Shown here: positions 10,270 to 23,062 of the stretch, one piece after another
How the letters are laid out: each line of letters opens with the position of its first letter
How positions within the stretch are numbered: the first letter of the stretch is position 1
Assembly: GCA_054661495.1 (NCBI GenBank)
Contig: BAAFSQ010000001.1
Location: 60,001-92,000, forward strand
Direction of reading: 5' to 3'
DNA length: 32,000 nucleotides
DNA from: Zygophlyctis sp. KS116
Lineage: Eukaryota; Fungi; Chytridiomycota
Position numbers and translations under genes: made by a program
The notes under the pieces: model-generated
Database searches by the model: none
What the model saw: the letters and a program-made list of their open reading frames with translations, nothing else
Told to the model about the DNA's origin: nothing

Positions 10270-13180
10270 ATGGAATTGACGCAAGAAATCTCAAACTTGG
10301 ATCTTGATGATGACGAATTAAATAGAGACATTCCTCCTCATGCATGTTCTTATTGTGGAATATATGGACCAAGCTCAGTTGCAAAATGTTTAAATTGTAA
10401 CAAGTGGTTTTGTAATGCAAAAACTCCAGGGACCGGAGCTTCTCATTTAATTTCTCATCTAGTTAAAGCTAGACATAAGGAAATCTCTTTACATCCGCTA
10501 TCACCGCTAGGAGAAACTGTGTTGGAATGTTACAATTGTGGATCTAGAAATTTATTTTCTTTGGGATTTATTCCTGCAAAAGCTGATACAGTTGTAGTTA
10601 TACTCTGTAGAACAACATGTGTTGGATCTTCTAAAGACTCTGAATGGGATATGAGTCAATGGCTACCACTTATTGAAGATAAAAGTATTCTTAATTGGTT
10701 GGTACAATCTCCAACGGAAGGTGAGGTCTCACGATCTAGAACAATTACAGCTCAGCATATTATAAAGATTGAAGAAATGTGGAAAGAAAATAATTCAGCT
10801 TCTATTTCAGACTTGAATAAACCAGGAAATGATGATGAACCAGTTCCAATCTTGTTACGGTATGAGGATGCTTATCAATATCAGAATATTTTTGGTCCAT
10901 TGGTGAATATGGAAGCAGAATATGATAAAATAGTTAAAGAATCTCAGACTCAAGAGAATGTTACGGTTAGATGGGATATGGGATTAAATAAGAAGAGAAC
11001 GGCTTATTTTATTCTTTCAAAATTAGAACAAGGAGATGTTAGATTGGCAATTGGAGATGAATTATTATTGAAATATAGAGGTAATTTTGAAGTTTTTAGA
11101 TTAACATCAAGGGGAATTAAGACCGTCTTGGGATGGACAAGGTCATGTTATCAAACTTCCAAATAGCATAAATGATTATGTAGGAATTGAATTATTGAGA
11201 GATGATAAAGCTCCAATTGATTGCACATTGAATTTCTCGGTTGATTTTGTTTGGAAATCTACATCTTTTGATAGGTATTTTTATAAGCTAATCAATAGAA
11301 TGCAAAATGCTTTGAAGAAATTTGCAATTGATGAATCTTCAGTCTCAAGTTTCATCTATCATCGTCTTTTGGGACATGATGTTGATCCTCAATTAATTAA
11401 AAATTCAATTCCAAAAGATGTGAAAGCTCCAAACCTTCCAGACTTGAATCCTTCACAGATATATGCTGTTAAAAGTGTTTTACAGAGTCCTCTAAGTTTA
11501 ATTCAAGGTCCTCCAGGTACAGGAAAGACTGTAACTTCTGCTACGATTGTCTATCATTTAGCGAATGCCAATAAAGGACCTGTTTTGGTATGTGCACCTT
11601 CAAATGTGGCGGTAGATCAATTAACTGAAAAAATTCATCGTACTGGATTGAAAGTAGTCAGAGTTGCTGCAAAATCTCGTGAAGGAATGGATTCTCCTGT
11701 TAATTTTTTATCACTCCATGAACAGGTTGCTAAAAATGATACAGATGTTCAGCTCCAAAAGTTGATTCGATTAAAAGAGGAACTCGGAGAATTGTCTTTT
11801 GCTGATGAAAAAAAGTACAAAAACTGCCTTCGAAAAGCTGAAAGGGAAATTTTGGATACGGCTGATGTTATCTGTTGTACTTGTACTGGAGCAGGAGACC
11901 CAAGGCTTCAGCGCCGGACCTTTAAAATGGTTCTTATTGATGAAGCAACTCAAGCAGCTGAACCAGAAGTTTTGATTCCTCTAGTTTTGGGGGCAAAGCA
12001 AGTAATTCTTGTGGGAGATCATCAACAATTGGGCCCCGTAATTATGAGTAAAAAAGCAGCTAGAGCTGGCTTAAGTCAATCTCTATTTGAACGGCTCATT
12101 ATTCTTGGAATCCGTCCAATTCGTTTGCAGGTACAATATCGTATGCATCCATGCCTCTCAGATTTTCCATCCAATATGTTTTACGAGGGTACTCTTCAGA
12201 ATGGAGTGACGATTTCAGAAAGGTTAAAGACGGATTTAGATTTCCCTTGGCCAATATTGGAGACGCCAATGATGTTTCACGCATCCTACGGACCAGAAGA
12301 GCTTTCCTCTTCTGGAACTTCTTATTTGAACCGGACAGGTATTTTCTGAATAATTTATATTTTAGAAGCTGTAAACTGTGAAAAAGTTGTGACCAAATTT
12401 TTGAAATTAGGAATTTCACCCTCTCAAATAGGAGTGATAACTCCTTATGAGGGTCAAAGGTCTTATATTGTAACGTATATGCAACAAAACGGAACTATGA
12501 AGAATGATTTGTATAAGGAAATTGAAGTTGCATCTGTTGATGCTTTCCAAGGCAGAGAAAAAGACTTTATTATTGTTTCATGCGTCAGATCAAATGATAA
12601 TCAGGGAATAGGATTTCTTAGTGACCCTCGTAGACTTAATGTGGCATTAACACGATCAAAATATGGTCTTGTGATTTTAGGAAATCCTAAGTTACTCTCC
12701 AAACATCCGTTGTGGTATAGTCTCTTGTGCAATTATAAGGATCAAGGATGCCTGGTTGAAGGTGCTCTTAGTAATCTTAAGATTTCAATGATTCAATTTC
12801 CAAAACCTGGCAAAAAAACTGAAAGAAAAAAGGAACCTGTCTCAATTCCAGCTCGACAATCTGATGGTAATTTATATTTTTACTTAATTCTAGGACGATT
12901 ACCTCCTCTGAATCGTCAAAACACGTCATTATCCTCCTTTACTGCTGCCGCTAAGCCATTCACTCAACCTTATCCAGTGAATCTATCTCAAGCTTCTGAT
13001 GCAGTTTCTCAGCGTCCATTAACCCAGAATTTCTCACAAAATTCTAGCTTTGGTTTTACTCAGCCATTATCTCAATCGGATCGTATTCAGCTGACCCAGG
13101 ACTCTGACTTTGATGATTATAAACATGACTTTGCCAACTTTGTTCGATCACCAGGTGGTTCTTCATACAGTCGTTTTTAA
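10270..13180 (+). CDS. UPF1: Nonsense-mediated decay RNA helicase Upf1
   Basis: CH domain ([20 protein letters not shown]), plus [43 protein letters not shown] and RRLNVALTR. Introns 11081-11111 (31), 11275-11298 (24), 12339-12365 (27) and 12867-12893 (27). Confidence 0.97.
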
Positions 13181-13358
13181 GAGCAGTTAAAGAGAAGATA
13201 GGATTATGCAAAAGGCACTTGGTATGTCGAAGAATGTCAGCGAGTCAGATGGTCGGTAGATCTCTTAGCATCAGCGGGTCAAAGACTATATAGGACAGAT
13301 ACTTTTTCAATATATTGAATTTCTTGCCAACTTATTCCAAAAGGGTTAAACCCAATTG

Positions 13359-15417
13359 ATGGATTTTCCATTGTTCACCTTTCCATCGTCTTCTCCGCAG
13401 ACATTTGGACTATTATCCTCGGCATATCTGAGAAATGGAAAGGTTGATCGCCAAGTATCTATCATCCCAAAACTAAAGGTTGTAAATAACTGGCATAAAG
13501 TGGCACCCAGAACAAGAATTGCAGATCAGTCGATCCCCAGCAAGGAAACAAGAAGTTGCATTGATTCGATGGTATAAATAATTCATTTAATTTGATCAGG
13601 TTGATTATTATCATGCAAACTATATCAAAGAATTGATCCCGTACTCTATACTCTCGGATCTTGTTGGAGAGGATATTTCGCTAAATCAGCAATTAGATGA
13701 TTATGATCCTTTTGTTGGGAATGCATTATATATTCATGCGTATGAGAATGGATCTCAACTGTGGATCTATGCGAGTGGCAAAGCCATGAACATTCTTAGT
13801 ACGTTTATTTCGAATAATTTATTTTCTAGAATTTGCATATTTTTGTGATGGTCAATTTAAACCTTCGGTTTTTGAATCTGTAGAGTTTAATACTCCTATT
13901 CGTCAGATCACAGGAATTGCCGCCAGTCAGCATTTTGTAGCGGTTAGATCGTGGGATGGAGTCACTTTTCTTGAGGTTATTAAAAAGGATGAATCCTCTG
14001 TCACTTTTGAGATGATTAATTTTCATCGATTTAAGAGGCCACCGTTGCATGTTGAATGGCATCAAGTTATATTTGGACAAGCAATCATACGATTAGAAGG
14101 TGGTCCTTGTTATCTTTGGGATATAAGTAATTCAGCCAATGACAGGTAGTTTAAATTAGTTAATCAAAGGCTTGTATGCATTTATAAAGAAAATTTCAGT
14201 TCTGAATCAATTCAGTTGTCATGGAAGTCTTGTACTTTTGGATCCCATCCCAAAGAAATAATTTTGGCTGATCCTCATAATTTGGATTTACTTGATACAA
14301 GGGTATGTAAAACAGACAAATATTTACTTGTAGAGTAATGCTGTGCCATCTAGAATTTTAGATTATGAAAAGCGTCTATATTCTATAGCTAAAGATCCAC
14401 TCAATTGCTTTCATATTGCGCTTGGAATGGAAAAAACAACTGATTTAATTGATCTGCGCTATGTAAAAACACCAATTTTCCAAATGGGATTTCAAGATGA
14501 TCGTGATAAATGTGTAGAACTGAAGTTTATTCATTCAGACTCTAGTAATCTTGATTTATTTGATTACTTTAGGATATATATTCGGATGGGATCGGCAGAG
14601 AGGAAACACAATGTTATATGAGCTTGATAATGCCGAAAAGTGTGGGTATTACCCTCCTTGTTTGAGATCAGTTCAAAACTTGGCACCATTTAAAGATTTT
14701 TTAACTCAAGATCACTTACCATTTCTTCCAAAACGTCCTGAACATCATGTTACACTTCGAGAAGATGAAAATCACCCGCCTTGGCCAAATCTTATTGGAT
14801 GCGTGCCTCTTTTCTTGCAAGATACAGTATCATTACATCACCTATTTGAAGATGGCTCGATATATTCTATCAAATATAGTAAAGACGCCTCGAGCGTTGG
14901 AAAGGAAAAGGATCCATATATTGACCTAGATTTCATAAATCAACAAGAATCTATTCTATTTAAAGAATATACGGAAATTTCAGACCTTTTTCAAAACTCT
15001 CAAGTTCTCAAACTTAAATCATCAAGATCATCGGTTAAAAAAGGTACAAGAGTATTTTTAAATTTAGATAAATCTCCCTCGATTTCTTATTCTGATCCAC
15101 CCACGACCATGCCAACTGACTCTTTATCCTCAGTTCAAGAATATTACCTTGAAAGATGGATGAGATATGAAGATTTCTACCAATCTAAAGACTTGTCTTT
15201 TAAGTCTTTAAGCGAAAGAAAAAGAAACATAGTCGAGTCTTCATCACCGATTTTGCCACTGGAATCACCTAAAACTCATGCTGTTAATGAATCCGTGCCA
15301 GCTATAGTACAATATCTTGGATCTCAAGATTCTCCAATTAGAGTAGAATCTAAAAAGCCTGAAAATGCAGGAAAATCAAAAAATATGGAAAAGTCAAAGA
15401 GAAGAAAAGGATTCTAG
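13359..15417 (+). CDS. Probable RNA polymerase I initiation factor subunit Rrn6/TAF1C (beta-propeller)
   Basis: The spliced product contains FNTPIRQI, AVRS and SWKSCTFGSHPKEIILAD..LLDTR, and ends in basic KRRKGF, as TAF1C/Rrn6 do. Introns 13572-13599 (28), 13799-13829 (31), 14146-14169 (24), 14303-14333 (31) and 14545-14572 (28) give one continuous frame. Confidence 0.62.
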
Positions 15418-15532
15418 TTTTATTTATATCAAGACTGTCTGGTTTTTAAACGTTATCATGAATTCGCCATCGTAACAATATAACAGTAAAAATTTCTTAA
15501 AGGCTTAAAGCTAATAAGCAAGTTTAGTAAAA

Positions 15533-15929
15533 ATGAATGAAATCGTTGAAATCTCTAGTCTTTTCCAATCTTTTTATGAGAATTTAAATCCCAAGGAGTC
15601 CTCTAGCCTTGAAATAAAAAAATCTTTTCTTGTTTTTCAATTACAAAAATTAGTCCAAGCGCATTCTGACCTCAAAGAATGTCTGAGAGAGTTGGAAGAC
15701 TTGGATCATGAGTGGAATTCCTTGTCTAAAACATTTACTCAAGAATCTAAACTCATTGGAGACAAATTAAAAAAGCAGAAATGTTCTCTTATTCGTGAAT
15801 TTGATTCTGATATTGCTAGTTTCCTGGAAAATGTGAAAACGAAAACTGCAGATGACTCCAAGGCCGATGCAATGGCAAAAGTAATTTTTTTGAATCTTAT
15901 GATAGTCTATGCTCTCCATGTTTCAATAA
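15533..15929 (+). CDS. Small coiled-coil protein (123 aa), C-terminus weakly SYCP3/Cor1-like
   Basis: Intron 15881-15905 (25 nt) gives the ending DAMAK|SMLSMFQ* and removes the overlap with HSF. The sequence is helical and heptad-rich. Confidence 0.6.
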
Positions 15930-15932
15930 AAA

Positions 15933-17068
15933 TTAGGAAAATAATTGTCTATCTATAGATTCATCTTGAGATTCATCCAATACATCTTCCAAATTCGCTT
16001 GAAGAGGATCTTCTCCTAAATCTCCCAAAAACGTATCATATTTTTCTGTTGATTCTGGTACTGTAAATGGAATTTCATCCAAAGAAGACGTTCCATTATT
16101 GTTATTCATGATTGAGAGTAAAGTTTCTCGATCTTCATCTGTACCATGAAAATTCATAAAGTTATCAGGATCTATTCCTACCAATGATGCAACATCAATA
16201 ACATGATCCTGAAGTAAATCTAAATGCTTTTCCACTTTGTTTGTTTTATCAATTACAATATCTACTTTAGTAGACAAATCACTTTTATTACTTTCTTGAG
16301 AAGGATCTTGAACCAAATTTTGAAGATATGTAGATACAAGAGCTAGAATTTTTAATTTTATAAATAACTTACATTCACTTCCTAAATTATTTCGCTTATT
16401 TAAAAATTTAGAATCAGAATCCACTTCTACCAACTTTCTCTTATCTCCTAATTTTGAAGTATCTCTATAAATTAAGAATTCTTAAATTACCCAATAGAAT
16501 TCAAGATTGCCTTTTTAGAACTGAATATACTAGCTAAAAAACCTAAAATCTTATCAATCGTTTCCTGCTGTCTTGAATATCTTTCTCTTAATTCAAGACT
16601 TTCATTCCATAAACTTTGATTATCATTTCTAATATTTTTTAAATCATTCGAGATATTTGATTGAGTCCTCTTAATCGCCATAATCTGTTGTATCAAGTGA
16701 TTTAAATCGACAGAATTAGAATCCACTGCATGCGATTTCTTTCTTGAAACTAGAGATAATAGTTCAGGATGCCCCCGTTTAAAATTGGGATTTGTGAATT
16801 CCAAGATGTCATCAAACGCAGAGAATAATGCGCCTTGTGATGGCTGAGGAACTTTATGGAATCCATACATATTCAACTGTCTTACAAAAGAAGCAAAGTT
16901 TGAATGTTTAAAGAACAATGGCAAAACTTCCTTTGAAAACTCTTCTTGATTTAAAACTTGGAAAGAATTTCCGTTTATGCTCCAAGCGATCAACCGATCT
17001 GTAGAAGGATCGTTAACCATTGAAAAGAGCTTTGTGAGAAAGTTGGCAACTATCTTTGAATCAGCCAT
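15933..17068 (-). CDS. Heat shock transcription factor (HSF DNA-binding domain plus trimerisation coiled coil)
   Basis: Motifs FLTKLFSMV.D, FKHSNFASFVRQLNMYGFHKV and QQETIDKILGFLASIF. Introns 16465-16490 (26) and 16343-16372 (30, in frame). Confidence 0.93.
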
Positions 17069-17316
17069 TTTTTCCAATTTCAAATTTTACAATTCCTTGC
17101 ACTAAACTGGACTAATGCCGCAGATCTGCCGCAAGGGTGAGATCTGCAGCACTGAAAGTTGTTGCATTGTAAGGATAATGATGGATATTTAGTCATTGTT
17201 GCGATAGTTGATCTAATAGTTCGGACATGTTTTGCACTAAACCTGAAACGGAGAAAATTGAAACAATGATTTCTTTCTTGATTATGTTCATAATAAATTC
17301 CATTAAATACAAGAAT

Positions 17317-20300
17317 TTACGACTTTCTCATATTGAAAAAGATGTTTGGTTTTCTTGTAGTGCTAGATGCTTGACTGGTGAGTGCAGGTCCGGAATTAGA
17401 AATATTCGAAGGATTGCTTAAAGGATCGTTGCTTGCAATACGTGGATCTTTGATCTTGATATCGTTTAAAATTATTTCAAGATGATTAGAGGGTCCATCA
17501 ATATGTGATAAATTTGAAAAATTTTCAAGATAATATCTAACTTCATTCAATAGTCTAGCATAAAATTTATTAAAATTACCTGCTTTTTCCAACGCTTGTG
17601 TAAAAATTGGTTTTTTTGAATTCCTCTTCTAATTTTAAATCATAAAAAGTGAAAATATCAGTCATGATTTGTTTAACAATACAAACTGGAAGATACTTGA
17701 TAAGAACCTTGTATAAATTGCCGGTTTCTTTAACAAGTCCAGACATATGTATGCTGACTTGAGGGTCACTAGAGAATTCTTTTAAATCAGGATCATCCCA
17801 ATTAACAGTCTTTTTTTGAGTAAATAAAACTTACCAATAATTTAGTACCATAAAATGCGACACGTTCTTTCATGATTGTTACTAGCTTGGAATGCAGTTG
17901 AGTTTGATGATCATTATAATCTTTTAAAAGTTTTTCAAATTCTTCCAATAATAAATGCTGTTTAGGGGGTATTAATTGCATAAAGAAGGCTTTTAGTTCA
18001 GGAATCATAGTGATTATTACTCCTAGAGATTGAGATGTATATGCTATTATTTTAAATTAGGCCTCTTACCAATATGCTTAGCGGTTATATTCTTTAGTCC
18101 TGCTGATTTTAATGCTCCAGCTCCCAAAATCATTTGGCAACTTTTGGAATTTACCAACTTGAAATTAGAAAATCAATTTACCTTTAGCAGCTCAAATATA
18201 CGATGTAGAACATCAGTTGTTAAAGAAGGGACACTTTTTGCAACCTGGAGATAATCATGTGCAGCCTTGATAAATAGTAACATAAATCCAACCACAAAGT
18301 AATTTTGTCCTGCAATTTGAATAAAGTCTCCACTTTTAAATGAGTCGTTATTTCCTTTTCTTGTTGATGCAAGCGTCGCTGACGAACCAGTAGGATTCAT
18401 GGATAATTCAGAGTTTTGTTTCTTCAAAAGTCCAAGCCTATGGTCTTCATCTTCACCATCATCACGAGAAGATGATATGACAATTCCATCAATCATCTGT
18501 TGAAAGTCTACCGGAACCTCTACATGTACCCATTGCTCATTTTCAATCATGATCGCGATCTGCTTGGATCTTTCTTCATGGAAAATATTGAGAAAAGCTT
18601 TAGCCTAGATTTGTTGGAAATAAGAAATCAAACCTGAGAAATAATGGCACCTTTCAAGCCAAAACATATTCTTCCAGTGATAGATTCAGCAGAATTTACA
18701 AATTGCCAAGTGGTGCCAAAGAATCGGTAAAAATCACTTGGATTTAGCATCGCATGCTGATCAGATCGTGCTCCAATCAGCTTTGCACATCGCACATGTA
18801 CCAAATCACAAGCGGATGCCAAAACTCCAGCAAAATCGATTATAAAAGAGCCGTAAACAGTCCCTTCGGCGTTCGAATCAACTTTAAAAGCCCATTGATT
18901 CGTTTCTAGATTATTGATATCCAAACCACCTTCTCCCAATTCATCATCTTCCTCCAAAGTTTTTCTCCTGTGCTTGTGAACAGGAGAACTTTTTGTGGGA
19001 GAAGATTTTCCTGGAGAGCTTTTAGCAGGACTAATCGGACTTAACTTGCTAGTCGTCTTGATACTATCCAGACCTATTGGTAAACTTTGTTTCTGTCCTT
19101 CCACGATAATTGATGAGATAATCGCATGATAGATCGAGACACGTTGAAGAATATGTAGTGTAGTCACATATACCATCAATAGCAAATCGAAAAACTTATG
19201 AAACGCCATAGCCTTAAGCTGTTTGGCCAATTTACTATGCATTTAAACTCTAAAATTTACCTTTGTTTATCTTTTATGTTGACGGGAATCGAAGGTTCAT
19301 CAGGAACGTAAAAATCAGCAGGATAATGCTAAAATTATGAAGAATAGTTTACCTTTTTGCTTAAAATTTTAATATCTTGCAATAGCTTTGTCTTGTACGT
19401 ATTAAATGCTTCCGTCAATTTGTTCATTCTTAATAGCCCAAGAATAACAGGCGATAATTTTCCCTTTAATTCTGTTTCTAAATTCAATAATTTCTCGTCC
19501 GGTAGCCTTAATGGTATTTGAGTTTCAGTAGGATCGAAATTGAATTCAAAAATCTTCTCAATCCAAAAATTCAAAGGAGCCATAGCCAATAAAGGGGATA
19601 TAAAACGTTTTTCCTGTCCTTTTCCTTTTCCAAATTCAGACGCAGATGATACAGAAAGCGGGGTAGACACAACTTTTGACAAATCATTACTTAAAATATT
19701 TAATAAATCAGCCTCCATGACAGAATATATAGTCTTTGAAACTTCCACTAATTGTAAAGGCAAATTCCCCAAAGATTTGATGCCTTTAAAGTCAATTCTT
19801 TGTGATATAAAATGATTTATATTATATTGGAACACGCCATCCGCTAATTTCTTAGACTCAGAACTAGTAGATTCTGAGAGAGAAATGGGACTCGCCAAAC
19901 CTTGTTTTTCTTGCATTCCGTTTAATGCTCTCCCAGAATATTCCATTAAATCCAAAGCCCCAACATAATCCCCTTTATTCAAGTACACCTGTAAAACTGG
20001 TTGTGTCTGTTTTATCTTGTAAACAATTTTAACAGCTACGTCTTATAAATTTATAGACTTACATTCTAATAAAAGCGTACAATTTCCTCTTTCTCGATTC
20101 AATTTTACAATTTCTAATCCTTTTTTAACTTGATTTTGCGATAAATCTTTTAATTTGTCCTGTAATTCTGAAATTCTTTGTATACAACTTTTAGTCTCTT
20201 GTTGCAATATTTGTAAATTCTGTAATGCAGAAAAAAATCCACTTGATTTTATAGATATTTCCTTCATTAAGTGAATTTCTACAATATCTAAATAATGCGA

Positions 20301-20903
20301 TAATTTTTCTTGTAATATCCTTTGAGAGGTAAAAGAGTCTGAATTATTAGATTTTAAATCTAAATATTCTACTACAGTTGAAAAAACTCTAGGATTTCCT
20401 AAAGAAAATTCCTCATCAAAATAAATCCCTGGTACATTATGTAATGGCGGAGCATTCCCCGAATACATTTTTGGCTTATTTGGAGATTTGTCCTTTTTTG
20501 GAGAATTACTATTACTAGTTTTAGATCTAGAATTAGATCTTAGAGGTGGTAATTCATTTGCAACAAAACTCCCAGCCATTGCTAATCTAGCCGTCCATTC
20601 TTCTAGAGAATTGAACGTATCATTAGAGTCTAAATTTACTAAATCCGCACTTCCCTCTACTGCTGCAGACAATCCCACAACTCTATTACATAAATATTTG
20701 TCGTGTTCTGCCTGTATAGAGTTTAAATACGACTCTAATTCATAAATCTTTACTTTTTTAATATTTGTAGAATTATTTATAGGATTTATAGATATATTTT
20801 CCAGAGTTTTTAGAATAGAATTATTATCCTTTAGAATCCCAGCAATCCCATTCTTTCCAATATCTTGCAGAGTCCATGCATGTTCTCTATTTGCAGGTTC
20901 CAT
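17317..20903 (-). CDS. VPS54: GARP complex subunit Vps54
   Basis: Motifs LQEKLSHYLDIVEIHLMKEIS.KS..FFSAL, IENEQW..VEVP and NSKSCQMILGAGALKSAGLKNITAKHIA. Eight introns: 20036-20062 (27), 19329-19352 (24), 19235-19260 (26), 18605-18633 (29), 18158-18181 (24), 18044-18069 (26), 17810-17834 (25) and 17555-17579 (25). Confidence 0.93.
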
Positions 20904-21075
20904 TTATAATTATTTCTGAGGGTGAGTCTTTTGTATGAGTGTTACAGAGTCTTACAAAAAGATTGAAAGAGATTGAAAGAGAATTCGCCTAATGTCCGAA
21001 TTTCCAAAGTCCGATTTTTAAAGCGACTCTAAAGTCATTTTTAAGTAGTTATAAGAGCTTTAAAAGAAATAAGAA

Positions 21076-23007
21076 ATGGCAGAAATTCTGTTCGCAGACG
21101 CCGTTCCCGTCGTTAGAGACACCGCCGTTGAAAAGTCTGAATGGATAAATATATCTGTTAAAATGTCAAAGGAAAAGGTATATATTGCAATTTAAAACTA
21201 GACGCTCCAATTACAATTAACAAGTGAAAACGATTACACGTTTCTTTATTCTTTGGACATTAATACTCTAGACTTTTCAAAACTAAAAAATGATCAGAAT
21301 TTATTAGTGGAATTTGTTTCTTTTCCTCTAAAATTCATCGAATTGTTAAAACAAGTTATCATGGATTCAAGTTTAGAAAGTCCGAAATTTATTTGTAAAT
21401 TGGTCTCTAGAGATCCAAATCCTGCTACGCTATCAGTGATTGAAACTAATTCTTTTAGAAATATTATTCATATTTCGCTCTCTTTTGTTCCTGGGAATGA
21501 TACACAGTTAAAGTCTTATTTAGCAGGACTAGTAAAGGAATTCAAGGATAAATCTTCAAGTCTTTATGAAAAATTACAAATCAAAAGTCAAACTTTAGAC
21601 GCGAAAGAAATTGATTACAAGGATCTGATTCAAAAGTTAACTCTAGAATTGGAAAATACAAAGATTAAAGCTAATGAATCTAGGCAAGATTTGGAATTGG
21701 AATATAATAGGCAAATTTCTAGTCAAAAGGAAGATTGGTTAAAGGAAAAAAAAGAAATATTGCTACAGTCTGAAAATTTACAGAGAAATTTAGAAAACAA
21801 GTATAAAGAACAAGTTGATGGACTCTTGGAAAAAATTTCAAATTTAAAGGAATATAGTGGGAATTACTCTGAAAAGGTTTTACATTTACAAAATTCTCTT
21901 GAAATTGCTGAAAGAGATAGGAATAGGCTGAATTTAGAATTAGTTTCTACTAAAAGAGATTTAGAAAGAGTTTCTTATTCTTTGGAAGAGAGTACAAGGA
22001 TTAAAGCTGGATTAGAGGTTTCAAATGAAAGGCTTTCATCTCATATTCAACAATTGGAAAAAAGAGAACGGGAATTATCAGATTCTTGTAGAGGAAATGA
22101 CGATAGGATTTTAGGATTTCAAGAAAAAATTGTATTTTTATTAAAAATTTTAAATTTATAGACTAGATTGGAAGATGAAGTTTTGTATCATAAATCTCAG
22201 TTTTTGAAAATGGAGGACAATGTAAAAAGAGCGTCTGATGAAATAAACAAGGTATCTAATTCTTTAAAAATAAATTTAGGGAAATGATATTATTAGGAAA
22301 TTACAGACAGATATGAAATCTGCAAAATCTAAAATTAAATTAAAAAATACAGTCACTATTGCACAGGAGAAACTTTTGGAAGAAAAGTCAGAGTCTGTTG
22401 GGATTCTACAAAAGGAAATTTTAGACTGTAAAGAATCTTTAGAGAAACTAAAGGCTGAAAATCAAGCTTTGGTCTCTAAAAATGGAGAGTTTGAGAAGAA
22501 ATTGGAAGAGAGTAAAACAATAATTAATGATAATAATCATGGTATTTCCGCTTTTTTTAAAATTAGTGATTGAATGGCTTCATAAGCAATTAAACGAAGA
22601 TGCGCTGACACGACCGTATTCTCATTCAGTGGCGCCAGCTGTAGATTTCAGTAAATACGCAACTTCAACTCTTGCGCATGCAGAGATAAAGGTATTTCTG
22701 TTTTCTTATTTGATAGAGACAAAGTCCTCCCAGATTCAATCGGCATAGTCCGGCCTCTGAAAACCGACCTCCTTCAAATGGTTCTGTTTATAAAGGCCTT
22801 GGGGCAAATGGACAGGTGGAAAGATCTAATACACAAGGTGTTGTAGCGTCCTCTCCGTTACCACCAAACTCGTACCGTGGAGTAAATCATTTGGATGGAT
22901 CAATGTTCTCAAACCCTGCGACTGCAAATATGGGACAAGCTAACTTTGATACCGGCCTAAAAAATCCGTTAAAGCCATCAGTAGGGATAAAGTCAAACTA
23001 CTTTTAA
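21076..23007 (+). CDS. SAS6: Centriole cartwheel protein SAS-6
   Basis: LTSENDYTFLYSL..DFSKLKNDQNLLVEF..FP, a long coiled coil, EINKGNDIIRKLQ and NNHVIEWLHKQLNE. Introns 21178-21201 (24), 22132-22161 (30), 22252-22279 (28), 22542-22566 (25) and 22692-22716 (25). Confidence 0.92.
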
Positions 23008-23062
23008 AGTTTGTATATATTTGAATTAAGAATTTTGAATAATAAATTAGTATTCAAAATTA

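Noticed and set aside
11166-11183. Possible 18-nt GC-AG intron in UPF1
   Set aside because: The frame reads through as [13 protein letters not shown], which fits Upf1 with no splicing needed.
13181-13358. Fragments resembling U2, U5 or U6 snRNA between UPF1 and the Rrn6-like gene
   Set aside because: The invariant motifs (GTAGTA, GCCTTTTAC, ACAGAGA) are not intact.
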